A stretch of DNA of 64,000 nucleotides from Atribacterota bacterium (GTDB lineage Bacteria > Atribacterota > Phoenicimicrobiia > Phoenicimicrobiales > Stramentimicrobiaceae). The position numbers and the translations under genes were made by a program. Shown piece by piece: positions 51,901-62,152 of the stretch (the stretch's first letter is position 1; every line of letters starts with the position of its first letter). The stretch lies in the NCBI GenBank assembly GCA_040767965.1, contig JAXGNR010000010.1, positions 53,420 to 117,419 on the forward strand, read 5' to 3'. The notes beneath the pieces are model-generated. The model was not told where the DNA came from. It made no database searches and saw nothing but the letters and a program-made list of their open reading frames with translations.

Positions 51901-53205
51901 ATGATTGCAAAAATATTTTCTGAGAATAAAAAAAATCTGAACAACAATGAGTCTTTTATCCATTTATTTGCCTACATCCTGGGTTCTGTGTCTTATATGT
52001 TCACTGTTTTTAATAGAATGAATATCGCAGTATTGACTCCTTATATAGAAGAAATGTTTCAGGTAACCAGCAGTTCTTTGGGTTTTTTGTCTGGATTATA
52101 TTTTTATATTTATTCTTTTTCACAACCTTTTGTGGGAGTGTTGGTTGATAAATTAAAACCACGGAAAATGTTAGTCTTATCAATTTTGATTACTGCCTTA
52201 GGGACTTTTATATTTGCCTTTGCGACTAATATTATTTATGTTTACCTGGGCAGATTTTTAATAGGAGTAGGCAGTTCTGGGATTTTTATACCCGTTAACT
52301 GGATAATTAATAAATATTTCCCTTTTGAACAAAGAGGGTTTTTGATATTTATTTTACAATTTTTAGGAAATTTTGGTTCAATATTGGCAGCAGGTCCGTT
52401 TGCTGGATTAATCAGGCTATTAGGCTGGGAAAAGTCTTTATCTGTAGTTGGGATAATAGCATTAATGCTGGGAATTTTTGTTTGGATGGTAGTACGGGAT
52501 GAAAGTAAAAATGCTCCAGAAAGCCATCTTCAAAAAGAAGAACTATCAGTAGAAGAGAAAATAAGCTGGCTTTCTATTATAAAAAGTGTATTCAGAATGC
52601 GCATCATAAAATATTGCCTTCTTTCTGGCATTCCGTTAGCAGCTATGATGTCTTTTCAAGGGTTGTGGGTAGTTTCATATTTGATAGACATCCATCAATT
52701 CGATAAATCTTCAGCATCTTCTTTAGTAACTTTAATTCCCACAGGATTTGTAGTAGGTTTACTGATATTCAGTAAATTGAGTGACAAAGCTTATGGTAAA
52801 TATATCTTTTTAGGTGCCAATACTTTTGTTACTTTTGAATACTTGTTTTTTGCTTTTTTTACAGACAGAATTTCTGTTAATTCTCTCGCAGTAATTTTGT
52901 TTTTATTTGGAATGAGCCATGGTACAACTCCTTTTATCTTAAAGGTTTATACTCTGATTTTACCTAAAAAATACTATGGCACAGCTTTAGGGGCTGTTAA
53001 TATTATTCCTTTCTTTACAACAGCTCTCTATCAGCCTTTTACCGGGCTTTTGTTTGATATATTCGGAGGAAGCAGTGTTTTATCAAGAAATGCTTCCTCC
53101 TATAGGATTTATTTTTTATTTTCAGCTTTCACATTAATGATTGCTGTCTGGGCAATTTACAATATTACTATGATCTTAAAAAAGGATTATGCTGGTAAAA
53201 TATAA
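51901..53205 (+). CDS. MFS transporter (ACS/OPA-like)
   Basis: FNRMNIAV, YFYIYSFSQPFVGVLVDKLKPRK, GRFLIGVG, FQGLW; about 12 TM. Confidence 0.88.
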   Translation: MIAKIFSENKKNLNNNESFIHLFAYILGSVSYMFTVFNRMNIAVLTPYIEEMFQVTSSSLGFLSGLYFYIYSFSQPFVGVLVDKLKPRKMLVLSILITALGTFIFAFATNIIYVYLGRFLIGVGSSGIFIPVNWIINKYFPFEQRGFLIFILQFLGNFGSILAAGPFAGLIRLLGWEKSLSVVGIIALMLGIFVWMVVRDESKNAPESHLQKEELSVEEKISWLSIIKSVFRMRIIKYCLLSGIPLAAMMSFQGLWVVSYLIDIHQFDKSSASSLVTLIPTGFVVGLLIFSKLSDKAYGKYIFLGANTFVTFEYLFFAFFTDRISVNSLAVILFLFGMSHGTTPFILKVYTLILPKKYYGTALGAVNIIPFFTTALYQPFTGLLFDIFGGSSVLSRNASSYRIYFLFSAFTLMIAVWAIYNITMILKKDYAGKI

Positions 53206-53226
53206 TGAAAAAATTATCAATTATCT

Positions 53227-54495
53227 TTATAATTTGTTTATTATCTCCTTATTTTCATTAAAAGAAAGCTCTTCCCAGTCACCATTGGCAATTATACTTT
53301 TATTATTCTGCAGGTCGTCCCAGATTGCTTTTGATATTAGCAAATTTTCCAGTTCTAAAGTATTTTTAACAATAATTAGTCTTAGTTTTTCAATATCAGG
53401 CTGCCAGCAAGTTTTGTAGGCTATTTCCAGGGCTTCTTTTTCTGTTTCGACAGTAACCGGAATCTGGGCTCTTTTTAAAAATGTACTGGTAATTGTATTA
53501 GCATAAGTATCTTTAAAATTTATTTTATTCACTAGTTTTCTGGTTGTAACATCAGCCAATCCTACTCCCAGGGCATTGCCATGAGATTCATCTGTTATAT
53601 CTAATACGATTAACTTGCTTATATCTGGTTTATGAGAATCATCTACTCCATTTATGCCCAGTTTTCCAATAACATTTGTATCCAATCCTGTACCGCTGAT
53701 ATTTTTTCCCATCTCCTGAGCAATAAGAATATCTATTTTTTCAGTTGGAAGAGAAGGGAAGACTTCTCTGCATTTTTTTAATAATTTTTTATCAGTCTGA
53801 ATAATATTTTCAGGAGTACAGAATTCAATTTCCATTGTCTGGTCATAGCCGTTTTCTACAATACCAATTCCCTGAATAATTGGCGTTTTATTAATAATTA
53901 ATTGAGCTGCCTGAGGAAGTATTTCTTTTAAGCCATATATGCCTAAAGAATGAATGGATTCGGCTCCATCTTTTTTACCCAGTCCAATGACCATAACCTT
54001 TGACATGCCGCTTTCTAAATCGCTTTCAAAATCAGTGTGCAATTTAACTCTGTTCAAAGCAATTATTCCGTCTGCCTTAAGGGCGTCCTGGCTAAAGTAT
54101 ACAGGCACCTTGTCTGCAATTATTCCTATCCGGGTTGTTTCCATAGAGGAATAAATAGTTACTCCCATAGATTCTTCTGTTATTCCATAAGAAGCGAGGA
54201 CTTCTCTTTGCCCTTCGCTGGTTGCCCCGCCATGGCTCCCCATTGCGGCTAAAATAAATGGTTCTGCTTTGATATTTTTCAATTCATTTATTAGCTGCTT
54301 TGCAATAATATTCATATTGGCGATGCCTCTGCTGCCTACAGTTATTCCAATTTTATCTCCCGGCTTAATTTTTGATGGCAGATTAGATGCTTGAAAAGCC
54401 TGACTTATATATAAAGGAATATCCGCAATATAATCTTTACAAAAGACCTGTTTTATTTTTCTTATTTTGATTGGTTTTGGAATACTATAAATCAT
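53227..54495 (-). CDS. LarA-N/DUF2088 (DUF362-like) nickel-pincer racemase-like protein of unknown function
   Basis: ITVGSRGI, AMGSHGGAT, NRVKLHTDF, ESGMSK...GLGK, GKNISGTGLDTNVIG, HGNALGVG. Confidence 0.75.
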   Translation of the reverse strand: MIYSIPKPIKIRKIKQVFCKDYIADIPLYISQAFQASNLPSKIKPGDKIGITVGSRGIANMNIIAKQLINELKNIKAEPFILAAMGSHGGATSEGQREVLASYGITEESMGVTIYSSMETTRIGIIADKVPVYFSQDALKADGIIALNRVKLHTDFESDLESGMSKVMVIGLGKKDGAESIHSLGIYGLKEILPQAAQLIINKTPIIQGIGIVENGYDQTMEIEFCTPENIIQTDKKLLKKCREVFPSLPTEKIDILIAQEMGKNISGTGLDTNVIGKLGINGVDDSHKPDISKLIVLDITDESHGNALGVGLADVTTRKLVNKINFKDTYANTITSTFLKRAQIPVTVETEKEALEIAYKTCWQPDIEKLRLIIVKNTLELENLLISKAIWDDLQNNKSIIANGDWEELSFNENKEIINKL

Positions 54496-54571
54496 TTTTA
54501 AAATCTCTCTTTATCTTATATTTCTTATTTCTTATTATTTAATTATTGTTAAGGATAAAAGATAGAGCAAT

Positions 54572-55609
54572 CTATTTTGAAAAATTAATGGCCATCAAGA
54601 TAGCCTCTAGCATACTCTCTTCATTGGCTCTGCCTTCTCCTGCTTTTCCAAAGGCAACTCCATGGTCTACTGAGGTCCTGATAATAGGCAGGCCGACAGT
54701 TACATTTACCCCGCTCATACTGGACCATTTATTTGTTTCTACGTTAAATTTAAATCCGGTTACTTTCATGGGAATATGTCCCTGATCATGGTACATAACA
54801 ACAACAATATGGTATTGTCCTCCAATTACTTTAGAGAAAACTGTATCTGGTGGGATAGGTCCCTCTGCATTTATTCCTTCTTGTTGAGCCAGCCGGATGG
54901 CCGGAATTATTTCTTCAGTTTCTTCCCAACCAAAGAGGCCGCCTTCTCCGGCATGAGGGTTCAATCCGGCTACAGCTATTTTAGGATTTTCTACATTTAA
55001 ATCCTGTAAGGCTTTGTGTGCTAATCTGATTACTGTTAGCACCCGTTCCTTTTTTACCAGGTCACAGGCCTTACGCAACTGGACATGTGTTGTTACATGA
55101 ATGACTTTTAACTCTTTATCTGCCAGCATCATGGCATAATCTTTTGAGTTGGTGCGTGTGGCAAAGATTTCGGTATGGCCAACATGAGAAGAACCAGCTG
55201 CTTTGATAGATTCTTTGTGAATAGGTCCGGTAACAACTGCAGCAATTTTTTTCTCCAATGCTAAATCAATTCCTTTATTGATATATTCCAGAGATGCCTG
55301 ACCAGCTTTAGTATTAACCTGCCCGTATTTAAAATCTTCCAGCTTTATATTGTTTAAGTCCAGTAAATCAATTTTCCCGAATTCTCCCAATGCCTGGGAA
55401 ATATCTTTAATTGAATTTATCTGTAGAGCAGAACCGGTAAATTTAATGGCATCTTCCATCGGTTCACGGCTTCCGATAACTATGGGAATAGATTTTTCAT
55501 ATATATCTTTTCTGGACAGGGCTTTAACTGTAATTTCTGCTCCTATGCCAGCAGGATCTCCCATAGTAATACCAACGATAGGCCTTTTCAGGTCTGTAGT
55601 ATTATTCAT
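54572..55609 (-). CDS. pdxA: PdxA2, 4-phospho-tetronate/4-hydroxythreonine-phosphate dehydrogenase
   Basis: ITMGDPAGIG, GHTE, HVTTHV, GLNPHAGE, MYHDQG, RTSVDHG. Confidence 0.93.
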   Translation of the reverse strand: MNNTTDLKRPIVGITMGDPAGIGAEITVKALSRKDIYEKSIPIVIGSREPMEDAIKFTGSALQINSIKDISQALGEFGKIDLLDLNNIKLEDFKYGQVNTKAGQASLEYINKGIDLALEKKIAAVVTGPIHKESIKAAGSSHVGHTEIFATRTNSKDYAMMLADKELKVIHVTTHVQLRKACDLVKKERVLTVIRLAHKALQDLNVENPKIAVAGLNPHAGEGGLFGWEETEEIIPAIRLAQQEGINAEGPIPPDTVFSKVIGGQYHIVVVMYHDQGHIPMKVTGFKFNVETNKWSSMSGVNVTVGLPIIRTSVDHGVAFGKAGEGRANEESMLEAILMAINFSK

Positions 55610-56942
55610 GATTATTTTTTCCCTCCGTATTATTAATATTTTTAAATTGTTTTATAATATTGTAAAGAGTGTCTTCTTCTCCAAAACCACCGGCTTTGGT
55701 TATTATATTTAAAGAATTTCCCTGATATCGGGCTACTGAAACAGGTATTCCGGGCAACACTTCTCTCATCAGTTCCAAATTAGAAATATTTAGTTCTCTG
55801 CAAACACTTAAGGCAATATCTCCGCCGGTGAGCACAAGATTAGAAATTGAAGCATTGTCTATTATTGATTTAGAGAGGATACCAAAAAAATTTTTAATAC
55901 CAATTTCTAATTCTCTGGGTTTTATATTGTATTTTTGCATTATTTTTGTATCGATAGACTGATTTTTGTTATAAGTGGCATCTGTATATATTATCAAATC
56001 TTGTTTGTTGAGAAGGCAATTCAAGGAGAAATTCTTATACTCATGCAGGGTATTTTCTTGACTGGAAAATATTTTTTCCAGATCTATGATCAGCTCTGCA
56101 AAAGGAATTTTATTTTTTAAAAACTTTATTTGGTCGCTTAAAATAGATCTTCGGGAACCAGCAACTATCAATATGGGCTTATTGCTGGATTTCACCAGAT
56201 CTTTTACTGTATTTTTTGACTGCTTTTGATAACGGGCAAGACAGTTTGCCAGCCCTGCAGAACCAGCAAAAACAATTTTCTTTTTGAAGGATAACCCATA
56301 AGTAATTATTTTTTGCAGATGAAAATCATCTACTGAATCGATAATCATAATCTGAGATTGCTTTTTATCATTTGAGGTTATCTTTTGTGCCAGCAGGTTT
56401 CTTTCTTCGGAAATATCAGTTAACCCGATATGCTCTATTGGTAGTCGGGATTGTTTTTTTAATAGATAGGGGAGATATGAATTTTTTTCAGGCTGAGAGG
56501 TGTTTTGACTATATTCACTATAACCCAGCAATTTATTCTGAACCAGCAGATAAGCTCCTACAGTAATTCTATTCTGAGCGGGAAAACTGGGACTTAATAT
56601 ACACCAATTTTTTTGTGTTAATTCCAGGATTTCTTCAATTTCTGCAGCTATATTCCCGCGAAAAGTAGAATCAATTTTTTTAAAAATAAGATCTTCTTCC
56701 TGAATGGTTAATCTGTTACAGATATCTCTAATAATATTACGAGCTGACTTTTCATCCATTTCCCTGGTTTCAGTATCGATTACCAGTACATCTGCATTCT
56801 TTTCCTGCCGGATGGAATCCATGTTATGCTTGTTTATAATAAAGAGAGAGGTTTTGTAATTATTTTTTACAAATTGGATCCCGGTATCACTTGCTCCGGT
56901 TAAATCATCAGCGATAATGTAGATCATTTGTATTTTCTCCAA
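55602..56942 (-). CDS. Four-carbon acid-sugar kinase (DUF1537; DtnK/DenK-like)
   Basis: IADDLTGASDTG, DTETR, KKIDSTFRGN, GSAGLA, TGGDIA, TKAGGFG. Confidence 0.92.
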   Translation of the reverse strand: MEKIQMIYIIADDLTGASDTGIQFVKNNYKTSLFIINKHNMDSIRQEKNADVLVIDTETREMDEKSARNIIRDICNRLTIQEEDLIFKKIDSTFRGNIAAEIEEILELTQKNWCILSPSFPAQNRITVGAYLLVQNKLLGYSEYSQNTSQPEKNSYLPYLLKKQSRLPIEHIGLTDISEERNLLAQKITSNDKKQSQIMIIDSVDDFHLQKIITYGLSFKKKIVFAGSAGLANCLARYQKQSKNTVKDLVKSSNKPILIVAGSRRSILSDQIKFLKNKIPFAELIIDLEKIFSSQENTLHEYKNFSLNCLLNKQDLIIYTDATYNKNQSIDTKIMQKYNIKPRELEIGIKNFFGILSKSIIDNASISNLVLTGGDIALSVCRELNISNLELMREVLPGIPVSVARYQGNSLNIITKAGGFGEEDTLYNIIKQFKNINNTEGKNNHE

Positions 56943-57206
56943 TGCTATTGTTATTAATGAACATAAAATATTTATTTAGATACTAGTTTATTTAGTGAAT
57001 TTTTGCAAGGATTAGCTGTTCTTTGAAGGTAATTTACTAAAGCTTAAATTTTTTTGAATTAAAAATCAAATATAACAATATTATGAAGTAATTATAAACA
57101 GTTTTAAATGATAAGTATAGCGGTAATCTTTTGATAACTAATTTGAGAAGTGCTATACTGAAAATGTTGAAAAACAAAAAATAAAAATAAGTTTTGGGAG
57201 GTTATT

Positions 57207-58001
57207 ATGCGAGAGAATAGATTAAGGGAACTTATCAAAAAAGGCGAACCCAGTATAGGTGTAAGATTACTGACTCCATGGCCTGGAATGGTCGAAGTAG
57301 TTGCCAATACTGGAATGATCGATTATATAGAGTTTGTAGGAGAATATGGCCCCTGGGATTTGCATGATTTAGAAAATATTGCCCGGGCAACTGAAATTCA
57401 CAATGTTTCCGGGATGCTAAAAGTGGATCAAGAACCAAAAGGTTTTATAGCCCAGAGAGCTCTTGGATCTGGTTTCCAGAGTGTCCTTTTTACCGATATC
57501 AGGACTGTAGAAGATGCAAAGAAATGCATTGAAATTGTGAAGCCTGAAACCCCTGAGACCGGTGGTATCAATGGCTGCCATATGCGCAGAAATGTTGGCT
57601 ATGTTTTAGAGGTAGCCAGCCAGGATTATGTTAAAGCCATGAATGAGGTAGTAATTGCCATAATGGTGGAGAAAAAAGGCTGTGTGGATAACTTAGAAGA
57701 GATTCTTTCTTTGGATGGTATTGATATGGTTCAGTTTGGTCCTGGAGATTATTCAATGAGTACCGGTCATGTTGGGCGGATGCAGGACCCGGAAGTAAAA
57801 AAAGCAGAGTTGAAAACTATTGAAATGGCAATCAAAAAAGGGATAAGACCCAGAGTAGAGATAGGACCTATCAATTTCAGCAAAGATGATATGAAAAAAT
57901 ATATTGATCTGGGTGTGAAAGATTTCCATCTTCCCAGTGATGTTGTAATAATGCATCAATGGGTAAAACAGGGTGCGGAAATTATTAAAGATCTATTTTA
58001 A
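57207..58001 (+). CDS. HpcH/HpaI-family (GarL-like) pyruvate aldolase
   Basis: NRLRELIKKGEPSIG, IMVE...NLEEI, GIDMVQFGPGDYSMS. Confidence 0.85.
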   Translation: MRENRLRELIKKGEPSIGVRLLTPWPGMVEVVANTGMIDYIEFVGEYGPWDLHDLENIARATEIHNVSGMLKVDQEPKGFIAQRALGSGFQSVLFTDIRTVEDAKKCIEIVKPETPETGGINGCHMRRNVGYVLEVASQDYVKAMNEVVIAIMVEKKGCVDNLEEILSLDGIDMVQFGPGDYSMSTGHVGRMQDPEVKKAELKTIEMAIKKGIRPRVEIGPINFSKDDMKKYIDLGVKDFHLPSDVVIMHQWVKQGAEIIKDLF

Positions 58002-58039
58002 CTGAGCATTAACCCTTTTAAAAGAAATGGGGGAAATAT

Positions 58040-58888
58040 ATGACATTAGTTAACATGAAGGAAATGTTGCAGGATGCCAGAGATCGACAATATGGGATCG
58101 GCTCTTTCAATATATTCAATGCAGAAAGTATAGAAGCTGTTGCAGAGGCAGCTGAAGAATTGAAGTCACCAGCTATACTTGCCTATGGGGAAGTAATGAG
58201 AGACTCAGCTAATATAGAAATAATCAGCGGTATTGCTAAAAAAGTAGCTAAAAAAGCAACTGTCCCGATAGCTTTTCATCTTGATCATGCCCACTCATTG
58301 GAATACATATTAAAAGCAATCAGAAATGGATTTACTTCAGTAATGATTGATTCTTCTAAAGACACTTTTGATATCAATGTTTCTAACACAAAGAGAGTCG
58401 TTGAAATATGCAAACCTTTGGATATTACTGTCGAGGCCGTACTGGGACATGTGGGTAATGGGCATAACAATACCACAGCTAATGATGAATCATTTAAAAC
58501 TGTCCCAAAAGAGGTGGAGGAATTTGTCAGGTTAACTGCAGTTGATGCGTTGGCTATTTCCATAGGCAATGCACATGGTCTTTATAAAAAAGAGCCAAAA
58601 ATTGATCATGACCTGCTAAAAAAAATAAATAAAATTAGTCAAATTCCACTGGTATTACATGGTGGCTCAGGTATTTCTGATGATGATTTTCGGAAAATTG
58701 TAGCAGAGGGAATTTGTAAAATTAATATTTTCACAGAAATGAGCGAAAATTCAATTAAGAACTTGCAAGAACTTTTAGCTAAAGGTAACTACAAATGGAT
58801 TCTTGACTTTTGTGAAACCTTGAAAAATAGTGTAAAAGAAGTTGCTGTAAAACGAATGCTGGTGTTTGGTTCAGCTGGCAAAGCTTAA
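58040..58888 (+). CDS. Class II fructose/tagatose-bisphosphate aldolase
   Basis: FHLDH, FTSVMIDSS, SIGNAHG, LVLHGGSG, KINIFT. Confidence 0.92.
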   Translation: MTLVNMKEMLQDARDRQYGIGSFNIFNAESIEAVAEAAEELKSPAILAYGEVMRDSANIEIISGIAKKVAKKATVPIAFHLDHAHSLEYILKAIRNGFTSVMIDSSKDTFDINVSNTKRVVEICKPLDITVEAVLGHVGNGHNNTTANDESFKTVPKEVEEFVRLTAVDALAISIGNAHGLYKKEPKIDHDLLKKINKISQIPLVLHGGSGISDDDFRKIVAEGICKINIFTEMSENSIKNLQELLAKGNYKWILDFCETLKNSVKEVAVKRMLVFGSAGKA

Positions 58889-59097
58889 AAATTAGCTTTT
58901 AAGATAATTCTATTTATCAGTTTGAGACTTTATTAGTAAATTGTTTCTATTGGTAAAATAAGCCCAGTCAACATGGAAACCGGAGTGAGTTAAGTATTGC
59001 TAAAATCATCTAAAAAAGATATATTAGAAGTAATCAAAAAGTGGGTCAACTTTCTACAAAAATAAAAACTGACCCACTCAAATATTTTTAAAAATAA

Positions 59098-60492
59098 GTG
59101 GTGAAGATGAAAAATTATAAAGAAAATATAGATACTTCAAATTGGAAAAAAATTGATATTGAATACTTTGATGATTTTCTAAAAGTGGAAGTACCTCCTA
59201 ATTGTGATATATTACAGCTGCAACCAACTTCTCCTTTGCGGGAACCTAAAAAAGATATTGAATTTGCTTTTGATAATCCCATTAATAATAAAACAATTGA
59301 TGATCTTGTCTCTTCTCACACCAAATCAGCCGAAAAGATAACGGTTTCTATTGCTGTTTCTGATAATACCAGACCTGTACCTTATAATTGTGAAAAAGAT
59401 GAGAATATTCTATCTCCTATCTTGAACAGGCTTGAAAGATCTGGCATAAAAAAAGAAAATGTAAAAATTATTATCGGTACCGGAACACATGCGGCTACCG
59501 GACAGGAATGGAAAATAAAAACCTTCGGAGAAAAAGTAGTAAATAATTATGATCTAATAGATCATGACTGCTATTCAAAAGATTTGGTTTCCATTGGAGA
59601 GGTTATGGGTATTCCTGTCAGGCTGGATAGAGATTTCCTGCAGGCTGATATTCATATTATTACCGGCTTAGTTGAAAGTCATTTTATGGCCGGAGCTTCT
59701 GGCGGAAGGAAAGCAGTATGCCCTGGTATGGTCAATATTGAAGCAACCCGGGTTTTTCACGGGCCTGAATTTATGGCCAACAAAAATGCAGACAATTTGG
59801 TCTTTGCAGGCAATCCATGTCATGAATTTTCCCTGGAAGTAGCCAAAAGGGCCAGAGTTGATTTCTCTGTGAATGTTTTAATAAATGGTGAACATCGAAT
59901 ATGCGGCATATACACAGGTGATCTGGAGGAATCACATCAGAAGGCAGTTCAGCAATTACAGAAATTATCAATTGTCAATATATCGCAAAAATATGATATT
60001 ATTCTCACTCATGGTGGTAAAGGAGCAGTAAATCATTATCAGGCCGTAAAAGGAGCCTGGGGTGCATTACCGGCAATCAAAAAAGGAGGCTCTGTTATCC
60101 TTTTAGCACATAATAATGATGAAGAACCTATTGGCAGTAAATATTATAAGGATTTATTAAAGAAATTTATGGAAGTGGGGATAGGCAATTATTATAAGCT
60201 TATAACCGATTCGGGATGGAACTTTACACATGACCAATGGGAAACCCAAAAATGGGATCAGTTTTTTTCTCAGATTGGAGATTTTAATAATTTAATTTAC
60301 TGTACAGTAAATATTCCCCCAAAAGTACTGGCCGAACTACCCGGGTATAGCGGGTATAATTTTGTGGAAAATAATGTCAGTGATATCAATGCTATGCTGC
60401 AAAATGCTATTTACGCCAGTTTTTTAAAAAAAGAAAATGCCTCAATGGCTTTCATTAAAGAAGGTCCATATGTAGTATTAAAAAATAACTAA
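59098..60492 (+). CDS. larA: LarA-family nickel-pincer 2-hydroxyacid racemase/epimerase
   Basis: SDNTRP, GTGTH, HFMAGASGGRKAVCPG, H in RVFH, YQAVKG. Confidence 0.85.
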   Translation: MVKMKNYKENIDTSNWKKIDIEYFDDFLKVEVPPNCDILQLQPTSPLREPKKDIEFAFDNPINNKTIDDLVSSHTKSAEKITVSIAVSDNTRPVPYNCEKDENILSPILNRLERSGIKKENVKIIIGTGTHAATGQEWKIKTFGEKVVNNYDLIDHDCYSKDLVSIGEVMGIPVRLDRDFLQADIHIITGLVESHFMAGASGGRKAVCPGMVNIEATRVFHGPEFMANKNADNLVFAGNPCHEFSLEVAKRARVDFSVNVLINGEHRICGIYTGDLEESHQKAVQQLQKLSIVNISQKYDIILTHGGKGAVNHYQAVKGAWGALPAIKKGGSVILLAHNNDEEPIGSKYYKDLLKKFMEVGIGNYYKLITDSGWNFTHDQWETQKWDQFFSQIGDFNNLIYCTVNIPPKVLAELPGYSGYNFVENNVSDINAMLQNAIYASFLKKENASMAFIKEGPYVVLKNN

Positions 60493-60561
60493 ACTTGTTT
60501 TTTATCAGAAAAAATCATTTTTATGTCATAAATCATTATGACAGGAATATAGGAGCAAAAG

Positions 60562-60864
60562 ATGATAAAAAAGAAATCCATAATTATTAATCCAAAAGAT
60601 AATGTAGCTACTGCCCTGGTAGATTTAAAGGCCGGAGATATTTTAGAGGAAGAATTTTCCAGTGAAATAAAAAAGATCAAATTAAATCATGATATCCCTT
60701 TCGGCCATAAAGTGAGTTTGACAGAAATTGCAGCAGGTTTGCCCATTATTAAGTATGGAGAGGTGATTGGCACTGCCACCGAGCTAATTCATGAAGGAGA
60801 TTATGTTCATGTGCATAATGTGAAAAGTAATCGTGGAAGAGGTGATCTAGAAGGGGGAAAATAA
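60562..60864 (+). CDS. SAF-domain small subunit of a UxaA/SuyA-type dehydratase
   Basis: DNVATAL, IPFGHK, IIKYGEVIG, VHVHN; stop overlaps the next start. Confidence 0.92.
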   Translation: MIKKKSIIINPKDNVATALVDLKAGDILEEEFSSEIKKIKLNHDIPFGHKVSLTEIAAGLPIIKYGEVIGTATELIHEGDYVHVHNVKSNRGRGDLEGGK

Positions 60865-62024
60865 TGAGCTTTTTAGGTTATCCAAGAGAAGATGGTCAGA
60901 CAGGAGTAAGAAATTATATTGGAATAATCTCCACAGTAGTATGTGCAAATGATGTCAGTTATAAAATAGCCCAACAGGTAAAAGGTACTGCAGCCTATCT
61001 GCATGACCAGGGATGCTGCCAGACCCCTGTTGATTTGGAAATTGTGAAAAAAACTCTAATTAATTTAGGGAAAAACCCCAATCTGGCTGGTGTATTGTTG
61101 GTCAGTCTGGGTTGTGAGTCAATTGTACCAAAGGAAATAGCTCAGGAAATAGCCAAAACCGGCAAACCAGTTGAGACAGTTTATATCCAGGAAAGCGGGG
61201 GAATGCTACCTGCTATTGCCCTGGGAACCAGCCTTGCCCATGATATGGCAGTTGAGGCCTCAAAAATTAAGCGAGAAGAATGCCCTGATGAGAAATTAGT
61301 TATTGCAGTAAAATGCGGAGCTTCGGATACTACCTCGGGATTAATATCCAATCCTTCAGCTGGAGCAGCTTTAGATATTGTGAATGATTTAGGAGGTACT
61401 TGTATTTTTGGAGAAACCACAGAATTTATCGGAGCAGAACATACTCTGGTAAAAAGAGCTATTAACAAAGAAGTGGGAGAAAAAATACTATATATTGTCA
61501 ATAGAATGGAAGGCCGATCCAAAAAAATGGGAGTGGACATGCGGGGAGGTCAACCTACTACGGGAAATATCAAAGGCGGATTGACGACAATTGAAGACAA
61601 ATCCCTGGGTGCAGTGGTAAAATCCGGTACAAAAAAGATTAATGGTGTTTATGAATATGGAGATAAGGTTACCCAGAAAGGTTTATATATTGTTGATTCT
61701 CCCGGAAGAGAGCCTGAATTTTTAACTGCGGCTGCTGCAGCCGGTGCGCAAATAATAATTTTTTCAACCGGTATTGGTGCACCGCAGGGCTTCCCTTTTG
61801 TTCCTGTCTTAAAAATTACCGGCAATCCTAATACTTATAAAAAATTAAATGATCATATTGATATGTATCTTGAGATACCGGAAAAAGGCACCAATAAAAT
61901 TGCCGAGACTGGTAAAGAAATTTTTCAGGAGTTGCAGAATATTGCTTCTGGTAAAAAAACCAAAGCAGAGGTATTGGGTTTTGGCCAGTTTTCCAATATA
62001 TATACAGTAGGTCCAGTTATTTAG
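60864..62024 (+). CDS. UxaA/SuyB-family dehydratase large subunit
   Basis: GYPREDGQTGVRN, TVVCA, HDQGCC, LGCE, KCGASD, GNIKGGLTTIEDKSLG. Confidence 0.9.
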   Translation: MSFLGYPREDGQTGVRNYIGIISTVVCANDVSYKIAQQVKGTAAYLHDQGCCQTPVDLEIVKKTLINLGKNPNLAGVLLVSLGCESIVPKEIAQEIAKTGKPVETVYIQESGGMLPAIALGTSLAHDMAVEASKIKREECPDEKLVIAVKCGASDTTSGLISNPSAGAALDIVNDLGGTCIFGETTEFIGAEHTLVKRAINKEVGEKILYIVNRMEGRSKKMGVDMRGGQPTTGNIKGGLTTIEDKSLGAVVKSGTKKINGVYEYGDKVTQKGLYIVDSPGREPEFLTAAAAAGAQIIIFSTGIGAPQGFPFVPVLKITGNPNTYKKLNDHIDMYLEIPEKGTNKIAETGKEIFQELQNIASGKKTKAEVLGFGQFSNIYTVGPVI

Positions 62025-62152
62025 AGCTTTCTAAAAATTAAAACGCTTTAAAAAGATATTTTTCATGTTTTGACTAAATAAATTATTAAGGTATAATTAT
62101 TACGATTTAGAAGGCAAGGCTATTTTATTTTGTTTTTATGCAGGAGTCTGCT

